This document shows positions 29,887 to 40,099 of a DNA stretch of 47,117 nucleotides, one piece after another. Made by a program: the position numbers and the translations under genes. The stretch is from a virus. Taxonomy: Duplodnaviria; Caudoviricetes. The notes below the pieces were generated by a model that had not been told where the DNA came from, did no database searches, and worked only from the letters and a program-made list of their open reading frames with translations. Position 1 is the first letter of the stretch. Each line of letters begins with the position of its first letter. The stretch covers positions 1 to 47,117 of the IMG/VR virus record IMGVR_UViG_3300017911_002034. One strand, 5' to 3'.

Positions 29887-31796
29887 TAGTAATCACTCAC
29901 ATTAGGAACAGCCGTAATTGAAATACCTTTTAAAATATTATTAGGAATATCCTGTGCGCTAGTATCCTGTGTTAGAATAATATTTTTTGAAGGTGTAGGA
30001 ATAACCGCAGAAGTGCTTTCTTCTGTTGTTCTTGTTAAAATACTTGTTTTAATATCTTTAGCACTTTCATGTGGTTGTGTGTTGATATTAATATGTGTTG
30101 TTGTGCCCTCAACCGATTTTACATTTAATTTGTTCAAAACAACTTTACCTGTGTCATAATCAATTGTGCCAGCGTTTTCATCCACTATTACATTTTTATC
30201 TGCTGTTTTAAGAACAAGTGTTCCAGATCCATTATATGCCGGAGCTTGGACTGTGCTTTCAGGAACATCAGCAACATAAACTTTATATGTGGCACCATTA
30301 ATTTCAGCATTAAAGAAGTTACTTGTCAGTGCATAAGGATTAACTTTATTATTAAATTGCAATGTATATTTTGTTTCTTTATTCTTAGTAGGTGTAAATC
30401 TTTTTTGTAGTCTCAGCTCTAAGTTGGCAGCAACGATTGATGCGGAAGATTTTACAATGTCAGACGTTAACTTCGAGTAAAAGAAGTTTGCATCGAGTGT
30501 GTTCAAACTATTATCAAAATAATTTGTAATTGTAGTATTAACGGCACTTTCAATCGCACCTGCGGTTAGTGTTGTTTTCTTAGAATCATATTGAATTGTT
30601 GCTACAAGACCAATATATGTAAATTCAGGATCTACAAATTCAGACTGGATTGCAATAGGCTGTCTTGGTTCAATAAAATCCCTTACAATTGCATCCTTAT
30701 CATCCTGTGTAATAACAAGACCTGGTTTAGCTTGTAATGAAATGAATACCTTACCATAAATAGGAGGATCATTATCCTCACCACCCCAGACTGAAACAGA
30801 TTTAACATTTGCATTTGAAGTTAGAATCAATGACTTATAATCATTGGCTGTTACTGCTCTATTTTTTGTAGCATTAAATCTAGGTGCATTAAATCGAATA
30901 CTATCAACAGATTCCTGAACAGCACCACCTGCAGAATTAGAATTTACAGTCAATGTAACGGTTTCACCGGAACCAGTAAGATTTGTAGGTGCAGTGAAGG
31001 TTGTTGCGCCATTTGCTACGTCTCCATTTGTTGCAATATAATCAACAATTACAACGTTGCCGACAGTAGGTCTTTTACCTATTGTGCCATCACCAAAAAT
31101 TACTTCATAAAAACCATTAAGAGCTTCTTCAATAAAAAATACTTCTGAGGATGCGTTTACGTCTAGAATATTATCAGAAACTGTATATGTTACAACGGCA
31201 GTATTTGTAACCGAGGTTTGAACTCTAACTCTGACAGTGGTAGTATCCACACCTGGATTAGCCATTAGAACAGGACCACTCTCAAAACCTGTCTCTACAA
31301 TTTGCGAGTTTGTAACACGAAGTCCTTCTGCAATTTCTATATCATCAAAATAAAATGCAGAGGTTCCATTTCTTTCTTCTTTTGTTACGGTGTAATCCTT
31401 AATTGGGTAAAAGTTATAGTTTCTACCATTCAGTGCAGTAGTAAAAATCTTTTCTCTATTCAGTGTTAAAGAACTTGATGTATATGTAGAATCGGGAACG
31501 ACAACTAAATCAATTGTTGAACGAGAAGACCGAGCTGAACGAGCAGTATAACCCATTGTTTTAGCTATAGATGCAACAGAGGATCTTTTTACGGCTGAAT
31601 CAAGAAACGCTTCGTTAGCAGTTGTATGTGCCAAAATAGCATTATAGTGGCCATGATAAGCTAACAAATCAATGAGAACTGAAAGACCTGATGCTTCAAA
31701 ATCATAGTCAGCAAATTCTGTTTGATCCTGTAAAAATAACTTTAAGTTATTTTTGATACCGTCAAAATCTAGTTCTGTTAATCTTCTTTGTGCCAT
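29886..31796 (-). CDS. g6: Baseplate wedge protein gp6
   Basis: LDFDGIK, DYDFEASGL..L.D.LAY, E.FLDSA, RAVT..DY and WGGE.NDPP.YGKVFI. Confidence 0.95.
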   Translation of the reverse strand: MAQRRLTELDFDGIKNNLKLFLQDQTEFADYDFEASGLSVLIDLLAYHGHYNAILAHTTANEAFLDSAVKRSSVASIAKTMGYTARSARSSRSTIDLVVVPDSTYTSSSLTLNREKIFTTALNGRNYNFYPIKDYTVTKEERNGTSAFYFDDIEIAEGLRVTNSQIVETGFESGPVLMANPGVDTTTVRVRVQTSVTNTAVVTYTVSDNILDVNASSEVFFIEEALNGFYEVIFGDGTIGKRPTVGNVVIVDYIATNGDVANGATTFTAPTNLTGSGETVTLTVNSNSAGGAVQESVDSIRFNAPRFNATKNRAVTANDYKSLILTSNANVKSVSVWGGEDNDPPIYGKVFISLQAKPGLVITQDDKDAIVRDFIEPRQPIAIQSEFVDPEFTYIGLVATIQYDSKKTTLTAGAIESAVNTTITNYFDNSLNTLDANFFYSKLTSDIVKSSASIVAANLELRLQKRFTPTKNKETKYTLQFNNKVNPYALTSNFFNAEINGATYKVYVADVPESTVQAPAYNGSGTLVLKTADKNVIVDENAGTIDYDTGKVVLNKLNVKSVEGTTTHININTQPHESAKDIKTSILTRTTEESTSAVIPTPSKNIILTQDTSAQDIPNNILKGISITAVPNVSDY

Positions 31797-31823
31797 TTTT
31801 AGCTCTTTTTTATTTTTTATTTA

Positions 31824-32081
31824 TTAGCCAATTGTAACTGTGCTTGTTCCTGTTATAGTATGTCCACATGTTGCGGCATCACCTGTAACACATGGAATAA
31901 TACCACCAATCGTAATACCTGTTGATGATGCAGTCATTGTTGCGGCATTATGTGGAGAATTACCATGAGGCGCAACTACAGATCCAGCACCCACAACAGT
32001 TTTACCATTAATAGTTACACCTGTAATATTTCCTGTTACTGCACCGCCTGCTAAGTCGCCTGTTACTGCTACATTAGGCAT
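31824..32081 (-). CDS. PAAR-like spike tip protein (gp5.4-like)
   Basis: Short Gly-rich protein with His/Cys ligands (PH...PH, GDAATCGH), near gp5 and gp25. Confidence 0.8.
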   Translation of the reverse strand: MPNVAVTGDLAGGAVTGNITGVTINGKTVVGAGSVVAPHGNSPHNAATMTASSTGITIGGIIPCVTGDAATCGHTITGTSTVTIG

Positions 32082-32509
32082 TACTTAATCCTCTGTAAAG
32101 CAGTTGTAAAAATTTCTGGCTCTCTTTGTCCAACAACATGAAATTCAATTTGAATGATATATTCATTTTTATCATAGTTGGGTTGAACAATGATATCGTC
32201 CACACGAACTCTAGGTTCAAAGTTTCTAATTGCTTCTAGAATCAAATTTGCCATATTGTTGCCCGTATCATAATCCAATGGTTCAAATAACAATCCACGA
32301 ATAGGCGAACCAAACTCAGGGTTGAAGGGTTTTTCAAATGTTTCAATGAACAACAAATTTTTTAGTGATTGCTTAACTGCATTTACATCATATTTTCTAC
32401 CAATATCATTCGTTACAACATTGCGTTTAAAGGACATATCAATATCCTTATAAGTCCTATTGACTCCGCGTTTTGCAAGTTCAGCTAATTTGTTTTCTTC
32501 GTATGCCAT
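32081..32509 (-). CDS. g25: Baseplate wedge subunit gp25
   Basis: YKDID, AVKQSLKNL, EKPFNPEFGS, LLFE and EPRV. Confidence 0.93.
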   Translation of the reverse strand: MAYEENKLAELAKRGVNRTYKDIDMSFKRNVVTNDIGRKYDVNAVKQSLKNLLFIETFEKPFNPEFGSPIRGLLFEPLDYDTGNNMANLILEAIRNFEPRVRVDDIIVQPNYDKNEYIIQIEFHVVGQREPEIFTTALQRIK

Positions 32510-32514
32510 AACAC

Positions 32515-32522
32515 TATTTATA
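32515..32522 (-). promoter_or_regulatory. Late promoter TATAAATA upstream of gp25
   Basis: Exact match just upstream of the start at 32509. Confidence 0.7.
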
Positions 32523-33177
32523 CAAGGTTACCAAAAAAGTCTTCTGATTTTCTCTGGGATCTGTTAGAACCATTTACACGGAAAGGTGCACCCGGTTCTT
32601 CTCTAACACCAATATCACCGACTTTATCTAAGTCAGGTTCAAAATCTAAATCAACTGTTTTAAGTGCATCCGTAACATTACCAACAACATCAGGAAATTC
32701 ACCTTCTTCTAATATTAAAAGAGGATCAATCTCAGGAAATGAAACAGGAAATCCTTTAATTACAAAATCACCACCTATATTCTGAACATTGGGAACAATT
32801 TTACATAGTTTATCTAAATCATTACCAACTTCCGCCAATAATTCAACAATATTATCAACATCAACATCCACATCCTCATATTTTTCTTTGAGATCGTTGA
32901 TATATGTCAATGCCGCGGCGCCTGCGAGGCCGGTTTGAATTAAAGTTGTTAATTCAGTAGGCAACCCCCCACCTGGTAAGGAAGGTATCTGTCCTTGAAT
33001 AAGTTCTTTAATAAGTTTAATTTTTTGGTTAATTTGCGTTGCTAATTGTGCTTCAACATAGCCAACAACACTTGCAATACCTAATGGCAATGCAGTTAGA
33101 GCTTTATCTGCAACACTAAGAGTATTATCAATTTGTTCTGTAAGTTCTGTTACTGCTTTTGCTGGTCCGCAACTCAT
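32518..33177 (-). CDS. Hypothetical protein between gp5 and gp25
   Basis: Well-packed ORF with a GGAG RBS; MSCG start and LCKIVPN motif; function unknown. Confidence 0.7.
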   Translation of the reverse strand: MSCGPAKAVTELTEQIDNTLSVADKALTALPLGIASVVGYVEAQLATQINQKIKLIKELIQGQIPSLPGGGLPTELTTLIQTGLAGAAALTYINDLKEKYEDVDVDVDNIVELLAEVGNDLDKLCKIVPNVQNIGGDFVIKGFPVSFPEIDPLLILEEGEFPDVVGNVTDALKTVDLDFEPDLDKVGDIGVREEPGAPFRVNGSNRSQRKSEDFFGNLV

Positions 33178-33188
33178 TTCTTATCTCC

Positions 33189-34571
33189 TTAGTTCAATGC
33201 AATAGTTGTTGCTGTTACACTAAATGCAGCCGAAGCTACAATTGAATATGCGGCAGTTGTAAATGTTGTTGCCGCATGGGTATAAGTAGCTGCCGCTGTT
33301 GTAACTGTAAGAGCACCTGATGATACAAGGCTCATGCTAGTAGCCGCATTTACAGCAAAAATGCCTGTGCTGATAGAAATTTTCCGTGTAGTGCCGCTAC
33401 CGAGTTGAATATCCCCCAATGTTAATAATTTAATATTACCTGTATCACCTACAATATCTACACCGGTGAAGCCATTAATTTTAACATTACCCAAAGCACT
33501 AGAAACATTATAATTTTTACCTACATTAACAGTTTTAGAACCCAAACTTGTTTCTTTATCTGTTCCGGCGCCCGTAACACCCAAACCATTTTTAGCGGCA
33601 ACACGAACGCCTCGACTACCCTCAATATTCAAACTGTAATCTGACATAACTTCTCTTACGTCATTGCCCTGAATTTTTGTATGTTCTGTTCCTCGAACTG
33701 TGGAATATTTGTTACCTGTGATATCTTCGTAATAATCACCTTTAACGTTAACAGTCATATCCCCTTCAACCGTAAGATTTAAATCACCTTTAACAAACAT
33801 GTGTTTGCCTTTAAGTGAAATTTCATAGTCCTCACCGACAATCTTTGTAACTTTACCGCCATCAGGGTGGACTTCTTCAAAGGTGCCAGATGTATGATAA
33901 GTATGAATACGTTCTTGACCAGGTGTGTCATCGACCTCAAACACGTGGCCGCTTTCAGTTTCTCTTACATGATTATACGGGTATTGAGATTTTGTTTCTG
34001 ATACACCTTGAGGATGTGGTTCGTCCCAAGAGGACTTTGTCCTGCGACCTCCTGGGTCATCACCCTCAATGTTAGGTGCAAATGCAATAGGAACACCTGT
34101 AACACGCATTGCGCGGCGAGTTGCTAATGAGTAATGTTTTTCGCCTATTGTTCCCCTAGCTAATCTTGATTGGTCGGACTCGGGGACAGTATTTCTACCT
34201 GATTTATTAGAACTTAGAGGATATTTTCCATTGGGGTCATTAAATCCTAACTGTTCATTAGGCGGTGACATTGACAATGCTGCAATTGTCCCCATAATAA
34301 TGGGAATTTGCCCTTCACTACCATCAGCAAAAAAGCCGACAACATGGGTTCCTTCTACCATACCACTTGCAGATTGTCCAATACCTGAAACACCAGCTGA
34401 TGTTATAGGTTGCATACATGTTGCGAGAGGTAAGTCGGATGTGGGTAAAACAGATTTATCAGGATTATGATAACCAATAATACGGACTCTGACTCTACCT
34501 AGTTTGCTAGGGTCATTTCTATCTTCAACAACACCCTGCCACCAACAAAACTCTGGGTAAACATTTTCCAT
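33189..34571 (-). CDS. g5: Baseplate hub/central spike gp5 (OB fold plus beta-helix, no lysozyme domain evident)
   Basis: WWQGVVEDRNDP..LGRVRVR, VVGFF.DG, YPYNHV.ETESGH..E.DDTPG.ERI and C-terminal VxG repeats. Confidence 0.92.
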   Translation of the reverse strand: MENVYPEFCWWQGVVEDRNDPSKLGRVRVRIIGYHNPDKSVLPTSDLPLATCMQPITSAGVSGIGQSASGMVEGTHVVGFFADGSEGQIPIIMGTIAALSMSPPNEQLGFNDPNGKYPLSSNKSGRNTVPESDQSRLARGTIGEKHYSLATRRAMRVTGVPIAFAPNIEGDDPGGRRTKSSWDEPHPQGVSETKSQYPYNHVRETESGHVFEVDDTPGQERIHTYHTSGTFEEVHPDGGKVTKIVGEDYEISLKGKHMFVKGDLNLTVEGDMTVNVKGDYYEDITGNKYSTVRGTEHTKIQGNDVREVMSDYSLNIEGSRGVRVAAKNGLGVTGAGTDKETSLGSKTVNVGKNYNVSSALGNVKINGFTGVDIVGDTGNIKLLTLGDIQLGSGTTRKISISTGIFAVNAATSMSLVSSGALTVTTAAATYTHAATTFTTAAYSIVASAAFSVTATTIALN

Positions 34572-35977
34572 TAAAATTCTCCAGCACCATCACGGGCAAT
34601 TTCCAAAATCATATTATGCCCTAATTTATCTATATCATGTCTAATACCAGTAACAATATAAACACCAGAAACTTTGTCATCAAATAAATTTTCATATTGT
34701 GGGTTGCCCTGACCCTTTTCTGAAACACTAGGGTAATTAAATTTAATCAATCTACCTACTTCAATATCGGTTTTTCCTGGAACTGTAATTTCATATTTCA
34801 AAACACCCAATTCAGCTAGGGATGAATTTCTATAGCAAACTGAAGAAACTTGGGAAATATCAAACGCATTTTTCTCACTAAACAATCCAGATGCACCTGC
34901 TTTGTATTGACGTTTACTAAGCGGATTGGCAAAAATACCCTCAGGTATGGGATTAATATTGCCTATGTGTTTAAAACTATCATAATTAATATCCAAAACA
35001 CTTTTATCCTGTTCACGTCTAGCAGATTGTTCGGGTGTATAGTCAAATTTAATATTGTAAATATCTTTCTTTACCCAATCATAGCCATGAGTAACACTGC
35101 CATAATAACCAGAATCTTGATTTTCAAGTTGGTCAAAATGTTTAGGATATTCAATTTTAGAAACTGTATTCATTTTTCTAGAAATAAAGGGTGACTGATA
35201 ATTAACACTCCGAGATCTCCTATCATCACTTTCATACGTTTCATCCAAATTATTTACATAATTGTATTCATCATAAACTATTTTTTTCTTTTTCTGTTCT
35301 TGTGCTAATGCAGTAATACTTGTAAAGTAATGACCCTTATTGGACTCAAAGAATAAAGTATTAGGCATTTTATATTCATTGCCTACTGTATTTTGTGCAA
35401 CAAAATTCATACATTTGAAGGGAGACCAATAATTTGAAATAAACTCTAAATTGTTAGAAAAATGAGGAATATCCAAAAGAGTCAAAGAAGGCCTCCCAGA
35501 ATCTTTAAATTCTGGGGTCATAATTCTCGGCTCACCTATATGCTCATTAAAAAGTGTTTCAGCAATTTCTTCAGTTGACCCCGAAAATTTTTCACTTAGA
35601 CGAGTAACATTATCCTTCATACCTTCAATGGACATGAAATTAATTGTGTAATATTGTTCTCTGTCACTGTTTAAAAATCTATCCGTAACTGAATAAATTG
35701 CAAAAGTTTTATGAATAAGATTTTCCTCTCTATCCATAAGAGCAGGAGTTCTTATTTTCATAGTAATTGTATCCCTACCTAAAATAGGTGCGTTTGTCAA
35801 AATATTGGCGGCATCGGAAATAACAATACTTCCGAACAGACAAGGCGAGTATATGCTTTCGTGTAGAGTAATTTCTAAAAAAAATTGATATAGATCAAAT
35901 GATTCTTTTAGGCCTGTATTAAGGTAAATAGATTCTACTCTTACATCACCAGCAGATTGTTGCAAATTCTGTGTCAT
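34571..35977 (-). CDS. Baseplate hub protein, gp27-like
   Basis: Lies between gp53 and gp5; ESIY, FFES, ITVPG...VG and SG.Y.V..IRH pattern. Confidence 0.6.
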   Translation of the reverse strand: MTQNLQQSAGDVRVESIYLNTGLKESFDLYQFFLEITLHESIYSPCLFGSIVISDAANILTNAPILGRDTITMKIRTPALMDREENLIHKTFAIYSVTDRFLNSDREQYYTINFMSIEGMKDNVTRLSEKFSGSTEEIAETLFNEHIGEPRIMTPEFKDSGRPSLTLLDIPHFSNNLEFISNYWSPFKCMNFVAQNTVGNEYKMPNTLFFESNKGHYFTSITALAQEQKKKKIVYDEYNYVNNLDETYESDDRRSRSVNYQSPFISRKMNTVSKIEYPKHFDQLENQDSGYYGSVTHGYDWVKKDIYNIKFDYTPEQSARREQDKSVLDINYDSFKHIGNINPIPEGIFANPLSKRQYKAGASGLFSEKNAFDISQVSSVCYRNSSLAELGVLKYEITVPGKTDIEVGRLIKFNYPSVSEKGQGNPQYENLFDDKVSGVYIVTGIRHDIDKLGHNMILEIARDGAGEF

Positions 35978-36504
35978 TATTCTTGTATCAACGTTTTAAA
36001 TTCATTAACAAAGTCGTTTAAATATCTAGGTTGTAAAACTTTAATAGTTTGTCTATTATCATTTTCAAATCTCTCATGTTCAAGGTGAGTGACTTCAAAT
36101 AAATCTCCGGATGCAACTAAAGCGGCATCATAGTCTGTGCATATTAGTGGACTTGTATAAAATGCCCAGTGGTGTGTTGCATTGCTGTTGCCGGTTCCGT
36201 ATTTGGCATCCACAAGTGCTTGTATTTGTTCATCAGTAAAATACCAATCATGATAGGGGTCAACAATATTGTTAATCAATAAAATTACCCAATGATATTT
36301 GGCATTACCATATAGATAATATGCAATATCCTCAGGTCTTTCACCTGACTTAATTGTATATTCCTCTAAAAATGTTTCATGGACAATAAACTTATCTCTT
36401 GGTGTAACTCTACGAAAAATATCGGTCAAAGTAACAAGGGATTCATTACCATCATTCTTTTCATCAATTTTATATAAGAATTTAGGGAAGTGTTCAAAAA
36501 ACAT
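35977..36504 (-). CDS. g53: Baseplate wedge protein gp53
   Basis: FF..FP, GERPEDIAY.LYG...YHWVILL.N.I.DP and E...N...R.IK. Confidence 0.9.
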   Translation of the reverse strand: MFFEHFPKFLYKIDEKNDGNESLVTLTDIFRRVTPRDKFIVHETFLEEYTIKSGERPEDIAYYLYGNAKYHWVILLINNIVDPYHDWYFTDEQIQALVDAKYGTGNSNATHHWAFYTSPLICTDYDAALVASGDLFEVTHLEHERFENDNRQTIKVLQPRYLNDFVNEFKTLIQE

Positions 36505-36505
36505 T

Positions 36506-37705
36506 TTAGTAACCTTGCTCGATTCTATCTTTTGTCATAAGTTCAAGCTCTTTAAACGCTAACTGCATTGTAATTTCGGAAGGGGCGCCGCCTTCATCCT
36601 TAAATGTTGTAAACGAACCACCTGCACCATAATCCACTTTCATGTCTGTCAGTGCGCATGTTGAGATTCTATTGATAAAGCGATTTTCTTTTCCTCTATA
36701 TCTAAACTCAATCTGAAACTCGGAAGGATATGTTAAAAAGAATTCGCTTGTATCTCTACCTGAGTGCATATGATATTTAAATGTATTAATAATATTAAGA
36801 ACGTTTTGAAGTTCGTTAGTATTTCTAGGAGCAAACTTCCATTCAAATGCAAAGTCTCTAAAGTTCATAGTTTTAAAAAGCTGTTCTTTAAATGGATTCG
36901 CTACCTTTTTGGTAAGTGCTTGGACTGTGCCGCCAATATCAGCATTAACGCCAATAGCTTTAAGAATATCACTTGTGCCTATAATACCCCGGCCAACTGC
37001 TTCTGCGGCACCACCTGCTTGGGCAAGAAAATCTTTTACTGAAGTTACGTTTGGGCCTACTTGTGTTAATACGCCGCCAATAGCACCTAATTCTGTATCC
37101 TGCCATTGAGCGCCATACTTTACACTTGGGGATTGAGGAATATAGAGTTGAATAACAGTATTTGTTTTCACCAAACCGGTCCTTGAGTTTAGAGCGTTTG
37201 CGCCGGCGACGATGCCGAGACCACCAAGAGCAGTTTTTAAAAGAGCAGAACCTCCGCCAAAACCAGCACCCTTTGCCAAACCCAGCAACCCACCTGCACC
37301 TACCGCGCCTAATACAACACCCTGTGCTGTTCTAACACCCGAGGATTGTTCTGCATTTACACGATTTTCACTGCTATCAGAATATAAAGCTCTTGAGGTA
37401 TCAGTGCCTTCTCGGATTGCTTTTGCTTCATTGGAAGGTATTCTTTCAAGAATATTAAAAACCATAGAGTGTGGTTGTATATCCGTATCAATGTCCTGGG
37501 GGTATTTGTATGTTTTGAAACTCTTACGGTTTCTTTCAGCTTCAATACGTTCTTCAACATTAAGATCGCCTTTGCCTTGAGCAGGCTTTTTTGTAACAGT
37601 ATTAGCTTTACTTGCCGCTTCATTACTTGCGGTAACACCATCCTTACCCTGACTAATTTCATCGGGTGCCTGGTTGTTTGAGACATCTGAGCCTGAGGTG
37701 GACAT
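36506..37705 (-). CDS. g48: Baseplate tail tube cap gp48
   Basis: YP.D, LYIP, NP..EQLF....FR.F.F...F.P, YP..F and L.F.E. Confidence 0.85.
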   Translation of the reverse strand: MSTSGSDVSNNQAPDEISQGKDGVTASNEAASKANTVTKKPAQGKGDLNVEERIEAERNRKSFKTYKYPQDIDTDIQPHSMVFNILERIPSNEAKAIREGTDTSRALYSDSSENRVNAEQSSGVRTAQGVVLGAVGAGGLLGLAKGAGFGGGSALLKTALGGLGIVAGANALNSRTGLVKTNTVIQLYIPQSPSVKYGAQWQDTELGAIGGVLTQVGPNVTSVKDFLAQAGGAAEAVGRGIIGTSDILKAIGVNADIGGTVQALTKKVANPFKEQLFKTMNFRDFAFEWKFAPRNTNELQNVLNIINTFKYHMHSGRDTSEFFLTYPSEFQIEFRYRGKENRFINRISTCALTDMKVDYGAGGSFTTFKDEGGAPSEITMQLAFKELELMTKDRIEQGY

Positions 37706-37706
37706 G

Positions 37707-37744
37707 AATAAATACCTTTATTGTGTTATTTTAGACTATTTATA
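37707..37744. promoter_or_regulatory. Opposed late promoters: TATAAATA on minus (37737-37744, for gp48) and AATAAATA on plus (37707-37714, for gp4)
   Basis: Both motifs lie in the 38-bp divergent gap. Confidence 0.65.
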
Positions 37745-38187
37745 TGACTTATACCAAAAATTTACATCAAGGACGTTTTATTCCTCGTAATCCTAAAAAA
37801 TACCGAGGCGATCCTACTAACATTATTTATCGCTCTAGTTATGAGCTAAAATTTATGAATTGGTGCGATTTGAATGAAGGAATTGTAGAGTGGGGTTCCG
37901 AGGAAATCGCAATACCTTATAGATCTCCCCTTGATAATAAAATACATAGATACTTTCCTGACTTTTATATAAAGGTAGGAAATAAAAAGTATTTGATTGA
38001 AATTAAGCCTGAAAGATTTACAAAAGAACCAACTATACCTAAAAGAAAAACAAAAAGATTTATTAATGAAGTAAAACAATGGGGTGTTAACTTAGCAAAG
38101 TGGGAAAGCGCAAAGGAATTTTGTATTGACCAGGGCTGGGAGTTTAAAATAATTACAGAGAAAGAACTCGGCATCTCTTATAAATAG
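37744..38187 (+). CDS. g4: Head completion nuclease gp4
   Basis: P.NP.KY.GD..NI.YRS..E, WGSEE..IPY, RYFPDF, EIKP, N.AKW and ITE.EL. Confidence 0.93.
   Translation: MTYTKNLHQGRFIPRNPKKYRGDPTNIIYRSSYELKFMNWCDLNEGIVEWGSEEIAIPYRSPLDNKIHRYFPDFYIKVGNKKYLIEIKPERFTKEPTIPKRKTKRFINEVKQWGVNLAKWESAKEFCIDQGWEFKIITEKELGISYK
38179..38186 (+). promoter_or_regulatory. Late promoter TATAAATA upstream of gp2
   Basis: Exact match overlapping the gp4 stop, just before the ATG at 38192. Confidence 0.72.
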
Positions 38188-38191
38188 TCGT

Positions 38192-38764
38192 ATGGCTAAT
38201 CCTTTTGAACAGATAAGATTAAACGCAGGCGATACAAGACGCTCTGTTAATTGGTATCAGGATCAAATTAGAAAACTTGCGGGCGGCATTAATGCACCAG
38301 GGCAAGTATTTGCATCTGACCTTGGTGAAACAACAGGGCGACCCGAAGTAGGTAGCATGTATATGTTTGTATATGACCCTAAGACAAAAGCAAAGTTGCC
38401 TTACTATGACAGATTTCCCCTTGTATTGCCCTATGACAATGCCACAGGTGGGTTCTACGGGCTCAACTTGCATTACTTGCCTTATATGTTAAGGGCAAGA
38501 CTACTAGGTGCGTTGATTGAAACAAAGGACTCAAGAACAATTGGTCCGGATACACAAATGAGATATAACTGGAATATTTTGCAAAGTGCATCACGGTTTC
38601 CAGGGGTTCAGCCTACAGTGAAACGTTATTTGTTTAACCATATAAGATCAAGAATTTTAAAAGTCAATCCCGAAAATTGGCAGACAGCTATTATGTTGCC
38701 TGTTGAGAAATTTGAAGGTGCAGGCAAACAAACAGTATTTAACGATTCAATGGCGGCAATCTAA
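38192..38764 (+). CDS. g2: DNA end protector gp2
   Basis: YDPKTK..LPYYD.FPL, GLNLHYL and KRYL..H. Confidence 0.93.
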   Translation: MANPFEQIRLNAGDTRRSVNWYQDQIRKLAGGINAPGQVFASDLGETTGRPEVGSMYMFVYDPKTKAKLPYYDRFPLVLPYDNATGGFYGLNLHYLPYMLRARLLGALIETKDSRTIGPDTQMRYNWNILQSASRFPGVQPTVKRYLFNHIRSRILKVNPENWQTAIMLPVEKFEGAGKQTVFNDSMAAI

Positions 38765-39384
38765 TGGCAAAAGACGCAAACTTTAAATTTAATGACTTCC
38801 TAGCAAAGGTAAGAAAAGAAGATCTATCAAGAGCAGCTAGGTTTGAAATTGAAGTTCAAGGCCCATCATCATTGTATAGTGGTGACCACGTTTCAATACT
38901 GTGTGAGGAAGCCGCTGTTCCTGGATTAATTATTCCTTATACTCCAGTAAAAATTGGTAACTGGACTGAATCCAGAGCTCAGGGTATAGAATATTTTGGT
39001 GACAACGCTACGTTTACTTTCTATTGTGACCAAAATTGGGATGTCCGAGCATACTTTGAAGATTGGATGGGAAGAGCGGCAGTGAATCCATTATCTAAAG
39101 AAGTGGGATTCTACAATGATTATGTTGGACGTGTTACAATTTATACATTGGATAGAGGCGACAGAAGAACAGGCGAATGGACACTTGTTGATTCGTTTCC
39201 TCGTTCAATTAGCTTAACACCTCTATCGGCAAGTAATGAAGGTATTAACCGTGTCAGTATTTCAATGACTTATAAGTATTGGAAGTCTGACGGGATGCCG
39301 GTTGATAGTCGATATAAGGGACTCAAACGTTTCCTCAACTTCAAAGATCTGAGTCTTAAGGAAATTATTAAAAGAAGTTTATAA
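38764..39384 (+). CDS. Tail tube-like baseplate initiator (gp54/gp19 paralog)
   Basis: R..RF, LCE.A..PG, TFY.D....R..FE.W and FP..I; lies between gp2 and gp26. Confidence 0.75.
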   Translation: MAKDANFKFNDFLAKVRKEDLSRAARFEIEVQGPSSLYSGDHVSILCEEAAVPGLIIPYTPVKIGNWTESRAQGIEYFGDNATFTFYCDQNWDVRAYFEDWMGRAAVNPLSKEVGFYNDYVGRVTIYTLDRGDRRTGEWTLVDSFPRSISLTPLSASNEGINRVSISMTYKYWKSDGMPVDSRYKGLKRFLNFKDLSLKEIIKRSL

Positions 39385-39400
39385 TTAGGAGTGAAATATT

Positions 39401-40099
39401 ATGCTACCCCAAGTGGATGTGCCTCTGATTGAAATTGAAATGCCATCGACAAAAGATGTTTTTGATTTCAGACCCTTTCTTGTAAAAGAAGAAAAAATGC
39501 TTGTAATGGCAAGCGAAACTAATGATATTGACGATATGATGAAAGCTACTCAGCAAATCGTAACAAATTGTTCTTTTGGCAAAGTTGATGGTGAAAAACT
39601 AGCTTTGTTTGAATTGCAACATGTATTTCTAAAACTAAGATCCGCATCAATCTCAAACTTTGTAGATATGAATATGGTATGTGGGGACTGTGGAACCAAA
39701 TATAATCATCAATTAGATTTGGAAAGTTTAGAAATTACATATGACGAAAAGCATGTCAATCCAATCAAGTTATCCAAAAGTCTAGCTGTGGAAATGAAAT
39801 ATCCAGATGCGAAAGAAATGTCCAAACTATTGGAAGGTGATGATAATGAATCTGTATATCTTCTTGTAGCAAAAAGCATACAAACAATTTACAATGATGA
39901 TGAAATTATTGATTGTTCTGAAATGTCGGAAACTGAAATGTATCAATGGGTTGAAAATTTACCTGCAATTGATTTTGAAAAATTTAGAACATTTTTTGAA
40001 ACAATGCCGGCGTTAGAACATTTGATTGAATTTACATGTGCAGATTGTGGAAAGGAAAATTATCTTAATTTGAATGGTTATGTAAATTTTTTCGTATAA
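39401..40099 (+). CDS. g26: Baseplate hub assembly protein gp26
   Basis: LP, FRPFLVKEEK.L, LR..S, two CxxC motifs, FF.TMP and C-terminal NFF. Confidence 0.9.
   Translation: MLPQVDVPLIEIEMPSTKDVFDFRPFLVKEEKMLVMASETNDIDDMMKATQQIVTNCSFGKVDGEKLALFELQHVFLKLRSASISNFVDMNMVCGDCGTKYNHQLDLESLEITYDEKHVNPIKLSKSLAVEMKYPDAKEMSKLLEGDDNESVYLLVAKSIQTIYNDDEIIDCSEMSETEMYQWVENLPAIDFEKFRTFFETMPALEHLIEFTCADCGKENYLNLNGYVNFFV

Noticed and set aside
37744-38187. TnsA-like nuclease as a transposon or homing endonuclease
   Set aside because: Motifs and position next to gp2 and gp48 match the core T4 head completion protein gp4.
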